DNA of 64,000 nucleotides, taken from the NCBI RefSeq assembly GCF_947568905.1, contig NC_079171.1, positions 31,062,001 to 31,126,000 on the forward strand. Direction: 5' to 3'. Below the pieces are notes generated by a model. It searched no databases, was not told the DNA's origin, and saw only the letters and a program-made list of their open reading frames with translations. The position numbers and the translations under genes are program-made. This stretch comes from Ostrea edulis (lineage: Eukaryota). This document shows positions 59,301-64,000 of this stretch, one piece after another (position 1 is the first letter of the stretch; each line of letters begins with the position of its first letter).

Positions 59301-59756
59301 CAGAAGCGATTTTTCGATGTATAATTGTACCTACTTCAATTTACTTTGAAATGAAATAGTATGCGTTGTTGGCGAGATCCCCGCATAGTTCTAGGCAGTA
59401 TGTCAGTGGTTGTGTCAGTCAGACTTAAAGGTTCGTGCTTTGAATAAATGAGATTTTGTTCGTTGAATTGATGTACAATGTCAAAGTTCATGCCCAGCAC
59501 TCGTTACTTGTCTGTTATATTTTGTACTCGTATTTCCTACTGATGATGCACGTGTGTGTAGCGTTTTTGCTCGATATACACATGTATATATGTGTGTTGT
59601 TGTTGTTTTAGATGTGATACTTGCACTTTATACAAATTTATACACGTGTGTATGTTTGTGTATGTTTGTGTGCGTTTGTGTAAGACCTGTCGTTGGGTCG
59701 AATGCTGATTGACATGTTTTATACTAAAATAAATATTATCCTGTTCTAACTGTTTT

Positions 59757-59940
59757 TGTTGCGGATTACTCTGTTCACCCTGATCAAGATATATATAGCG
59801 CTCACGGCGAGTGTGACGGTCGACAGGAGACGATTACTCCTCCTAGGCACCCGTACCCACCTCTGGTATATCCAGGAGTCCGTGTTTGCCCAACTCTTAA
59901 TTTTGTTTTACGTTTTGTATTTGTTCATTATCTTCACTTG
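59757..59940 (+). mobile_element. Retroposon tail copy (8110 family)
   Basis: GCGGATTACTCTGTTCACCCTGATCAAGATAT...CTCACGGCGAGTGTGACGGTCGACAGG...CCTAGGCACC...TCTTCAC. Confidence 0.7.
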
Positions 59941-60128
59941 ACTGTGCATCAAGTGTATTTATTGCTGAATGAACAATAATTTGGTTAAATAAATTGAAAA
60001 GGTTCTAATACCAAGTGCTTCTTTTTTTTTCTTTTGTCATTTTCCCATTGAAATGTATATGCAAATGTCATCAAATAGCTTAGTATGGTGCCAATGGGGT
60101 TTTATATACGTTCACCATCTACTCAATC

Positions 60129-60198
60129 CACAGGGGCTAAACCCGTTTGGGTCTTATGGTATCACAGAGTTCGGACCCTAACGGGCTTAGCCCTTGTG
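60129..60198. mobile_element. 70-bp second copy of the hairpin mini-MITE
   Basis: actcaatc|CACAGGGGCTAAACCCG...CGGGCTTAGCCCTTGTG|actcaaga (6/8 TSD match). Confidence 0.7.
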
Positions 60199-61454
60199 AC
60201 TCAAGACATTTCAACACACAAACAGGTCCACATGCATAAAATTTCAGGGTTTTTATTTTGATACAATATGTAGCCAAGCGACAAGACTGTACCAGTTTCC
60301 TTATTTTATTATAAACCAAAAGGCAAACAGTGATTTAAAAAGAACATATATAACAATAAAAATCATAGTAGCAAAAATTCCTATGGTAACCAATGACTAG
60401 CTAAAGTGTAAATTTATGTGTATTAGCTTTCCTAAATCGTACTAGAGCCTCCGACTTTTTACTGATGTATATTGATTTTTACTGATGTATATTGTGCGTT
60501 AAATGGGTAAGTTGTATGTAACATTATTTTCCTTATCGGCGGATCTAGAAGAGGTGGTTACAGGGGTTATATATCCCTTTTTTAATTTTTTTACCATGAA
60601 TTAAAAACACAACTATCTGCACTTTCATCACGGTCTCAGCATATCCCCCCCCCCTCCTGCATTAGGACATCATAAACAAGGTTTTCGTTCGGCTTCTAAA
60701 AAGGAATATCATGCAATAAACGGGAGTGCTAAAATTTATGCCGCTTTTCAATCATCATATCTTTGTTAGTCAATAGCTTTAAAAAATCTTTACTGTGAAC
60801 AGAATCTGTCTAGATGTTTTGTATGGAATGTAAACTTTTTTGTTTTTTTTGAAAAGCGCAATTTTTCGATGAAGTTCAAAACATGTATGACACAAAGTTG
60901 TAATCGCTGCAAATTTCCATTCCATTCCAAAAATGTGAAAACTATAACCCGTGGTTTGCGAGAGTCGTTTTTTCATCAGGAATAATTTTGATCGGGATCG
61001 ACATTCTGAAAATAGTGGCGAGGATATTCGGATGAGATGTTGACAATCTTGCAGGTTGTTCTGAATGTTCATAAACACCAAAACAGGTACATTTACTGCT
61101 TAAATCCATGTTGCAATATTTTGTATTGTTTCTTAGTTTGATAAAATAAAACTATATTGTTCAATTTGTTGTCAAACTCGCTGTGATAAGTTTGACAAAT
61201 ACTGTAAACACAAGCCGTGTAACGGTGTATATACACTTTAAACTGTTAAACGTATCCTACAATATTTATTAACTAATGCAAACATTAAAACATTAGTAAC
61301 ACATATAAAGCACAAACATAGTCCCCAAATCAGGCACAAAAACAATAGACATAATTAATTATTAATAATTATTATGACAAGACAATAAGCAGTTTAAACA
61401 GCTGAAGTTAGTTCTAACTCGAAGGCATTATTCCGACTGTCAGATCAGGGAATT

Positions 61455-61456
<2 letters not shown>

Positions 61457-61510
<54 letters not shown>
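61457..61510. repeat. (CA)n(TA)n microsatellite
   Basis: Direct read. Confidence 0.95.
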
Positions 61511-61586
61511 CCTCCCGTGAACTGTGACTAATCAGAATACCCTACCCGACTACACTCGTCCCTGCAGCTTTCGAAATTGGTTTTAA

Positions 61587-62509
61587 AGGGAAAGGCAACC
61601 ATAACCACATATTTGCTTTTATGAATAAAGTATCACTGACAGTCTTTAACAACAAAAACCCTGCTGAACAATTAAATCAATATTAATCTATCATGTATTT
61701 TAAATTACCCACCGCTAAGAGAGTGGCCATTGAAGTTTAATTTATGACGTTACACCGTCTATTCTGGTTTATTTCATCAAAAGCAGTACTGTAAATATGA
61801 CAAGTCTCGAACAGTTAAGTTTGGAGCCGTATAGATTTGAGCCCATTCTTTCGCAAGAAGAAATTGAGAAAAGAAGACGTTCAGTTGAGTCGCAGACAAG
61901 GCAGACGGTAAACGTTCTTCATACAAATGTCTTGAACCTCAACTTGTCATTATGCAAATGATGGATCCACAGTTTACGTAGTCTTTTCTTTTCAAATGAC
62001 TTGGTTGGGAATTTCGAGAAAAACAACAACCTTTTTTCACATCTCCCATTCGCATTAGCGTAATTAACTGCTTGACAGGAAGGCATCGATCAACCTATTT
62101 ATTCGTAAGATCTACCACATGCACATCTTTGCTGATCTCACAGGTGCTTCGGTTCAGGACATGAGTTGATTTGATTAATATTTTTGTTGAAAATATTTCT
62201 AATGCATTATTTGGAGGAAGGGGTGGGGTGGGGGGGTCTTGAACCCAAGCACCTGTTGATGATCTTAGAATCTCATCAAAACCAGAACAGACGGTGTGAC
62301 GTCAAAATTATCGATTTTTGTGGTCTTGAATACAAAAGAGTTGCACATCATGGCAGCCTCTTTAAGTCACAGGAATTTCAATTTTTGACATTTTCAAATT
62401 AGTACTGAAGCTTATCTAGGCCATATACCAACAAATTTTATGATAAATCTTTATCATATGATTAATCCTATCATTTATCATGTAAAAATCTTTTGGGTTG
62501 CCTTTCCCT
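61587..62509 (+). mobile_element. Kolobok-like non-autonomous element retaining a first coding exon
   Basis: TTAA|AGGGAAAGGCAACC ... GGTTGCCTTTCCCT|TTAA (perfect 14-bp TIR). Exon 61797-61907 reads MTSLEQLSLEPYRFEPILSQEEIEKRRRSVESQTRQT|gtaaac. Confidence 0.7.
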
Positions 62510-64000
62510 TTAAACTTGGTATAGACCAAGGGTCTATGCCAAAACAATATGACATAGACCTCATCGAATGGGCAAAGGCTGCAACATTGAAAATAATTTT
62601 TTTTCATTTACTTGTAATGTACTTATAGAAAGCATATTTTCTTTCCATTTCCATAACATATTTTCTTTCCATTTCCATAACAATATCCTTCTTTCCCCTT
62701 AATATTTATCAGACATCAACTGACCATGTAGGGTCCTTTGGGATAACTTCATTGCTTTATCTGGACAATTGGCATAGACAATTTGGTCTATCTCAATTAC
62801 AATTGGCATAGACCAGTGTTATTTGACATAGACTCGGTCTATCGGTCGGTGGTTAATTTCGAACACTGTCCCTGTGTTATAAGTTCAACACATATGGGAT
62901 TTTGGATTGATTCTTTAAGCACGAGTAAGGTCGCACACAAATTGAAAGCCAACTTTTATCATTCAAGCAAACTGTTGAAAGTTTCTCCAACACTGTCTAA
63001 GATTTTTGAGAACATCACTGCACTTAAATGTTCATCACATCTCTAGGAAATAAGAATATAAAAGAGGGGATGTAGCATATTCCATCACTCATCACTATTC
63101 TGAAACTGAATGCCTGTTTTAAAGATATTTGTTAATAAAATCACAACATGTGAAATTTACATTAACATTAGACCATTATAAACAAATCTACAGAAAATTT
63201 GTCCGATCTATAGTGAGGTGAATATTTCAAGATTGATTTGAAAATAAAGTGACTAAGTAAAGTGAATTAATACAGCTCTACATATTTAACACTTGCCTCG
63301 ATCCACTACTGTATAGCGGTTTTTTTTTCCGCAGGGTTATAATTTTGGCTTATTTTAGCAGTTAGATAGCTTTGCGCCAAAATTTCACTCGCCAAATATG
63401 CCCCCAATTGCGACTTCATTACGTGAAAGAGACAACTCTTCCCTGTCCGCCAAAATTTATTCCGCTAAAATTATTAGTGTACCTTTGAGCCAGCAAATCG
63501 CCAAATTTTAGACCCGTGGAATAAACCCTCTATATGGCACTTAAACAAATTAGACTATAGGAAATACCTCTAATGAATAAACAGTATTTGATGTAAAAGA
63601 TTTATGCATATTCAGATATTAAGTGATAAAGTTGTCTCAAGCTATGAAATAATGAGAACAAATAACAGTACTGGGTGTTGTATGTAACTTACTTTGGACA
63701 AGAATGTTACATACTTCCACCCTTGGAAAAGTCTTATTTTTAGAAAAAAGTATGAATTTAATTACTAAAACACTACTTCACTTGGAAAAGCTTATGTTTT
63801 GATAGTATATTACTGGACAGATGAATGCTGTAACAACATGAAAACATTATGTCAATATCAAGTGAAATATACAGGGTTACGAATGTCCCACTTTTTAACC
63901 TGATTTTGTCGATGAATAAACCTATTAAATGATATTACAACAGCTTACAAGTATGAGTGCAAGGTATCAGGTGATGATAAACATCAAAATGTCGTGTCAA

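Noticed and set aside
58894-59349. Ser-, His-, Ile- and Met/Asp-rich ORFs on both strands
   Set aside because: Products of a trinucleotide low-complexity tract in a 3'UTR.
60779-61081. 100-aa minus-strand ORF near the window end
   Set aside because: No ATG, motif or convincing splice sites in either orientation.

Overview
AT-rich, repeat-dense eukaryotic genomic DNA. The repeat families and gene types point to a bivalve, oyster-like genome (inference). Host genes: (i) two tandem genes with single-exon CDSs encoding B-box/B-box/coiled-coil/NHL-type (RING-less TRIM-like) proteins, one complete (10413-12134) and one cut off by a satellite-bearing Helitron-like insertion (16768-18177); (ii) a canonical 6-exon Rab11 (38770-49324, 216 aa); (iii) a tandem, divergent Rab11-like paralog with the same exon structure (54658-59116, 236 aa). 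The most striking structure is a 12.7-kb CACTA/EnSpm-like DNA transposon (20839-33538) with imperfect TIRs, a TA duplication and CATATG subterminal arrays. It carries two spliced genes head-to-head, 143 bp apart. One is a zinc-finger-tipped transposase that appears to have lost its catalytic core in frame. The other is an intact 7-exon, 265-aa gene of unknown function, and nested insertions in it fall only in introns. Also notable are a minimal dimer-type hammerhead ribozyme motif beside a Naiad-type Penelope-like element, an apparent gene-conversion tract between the Rab11 paralogs, and tandem duplications spanning Rab11 splice sites. The rest is SINEs, LINE fragments and MITEs. Exon coordinates and translations were read by hand. 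Family assignments rest on remembered motifs, not database searches.
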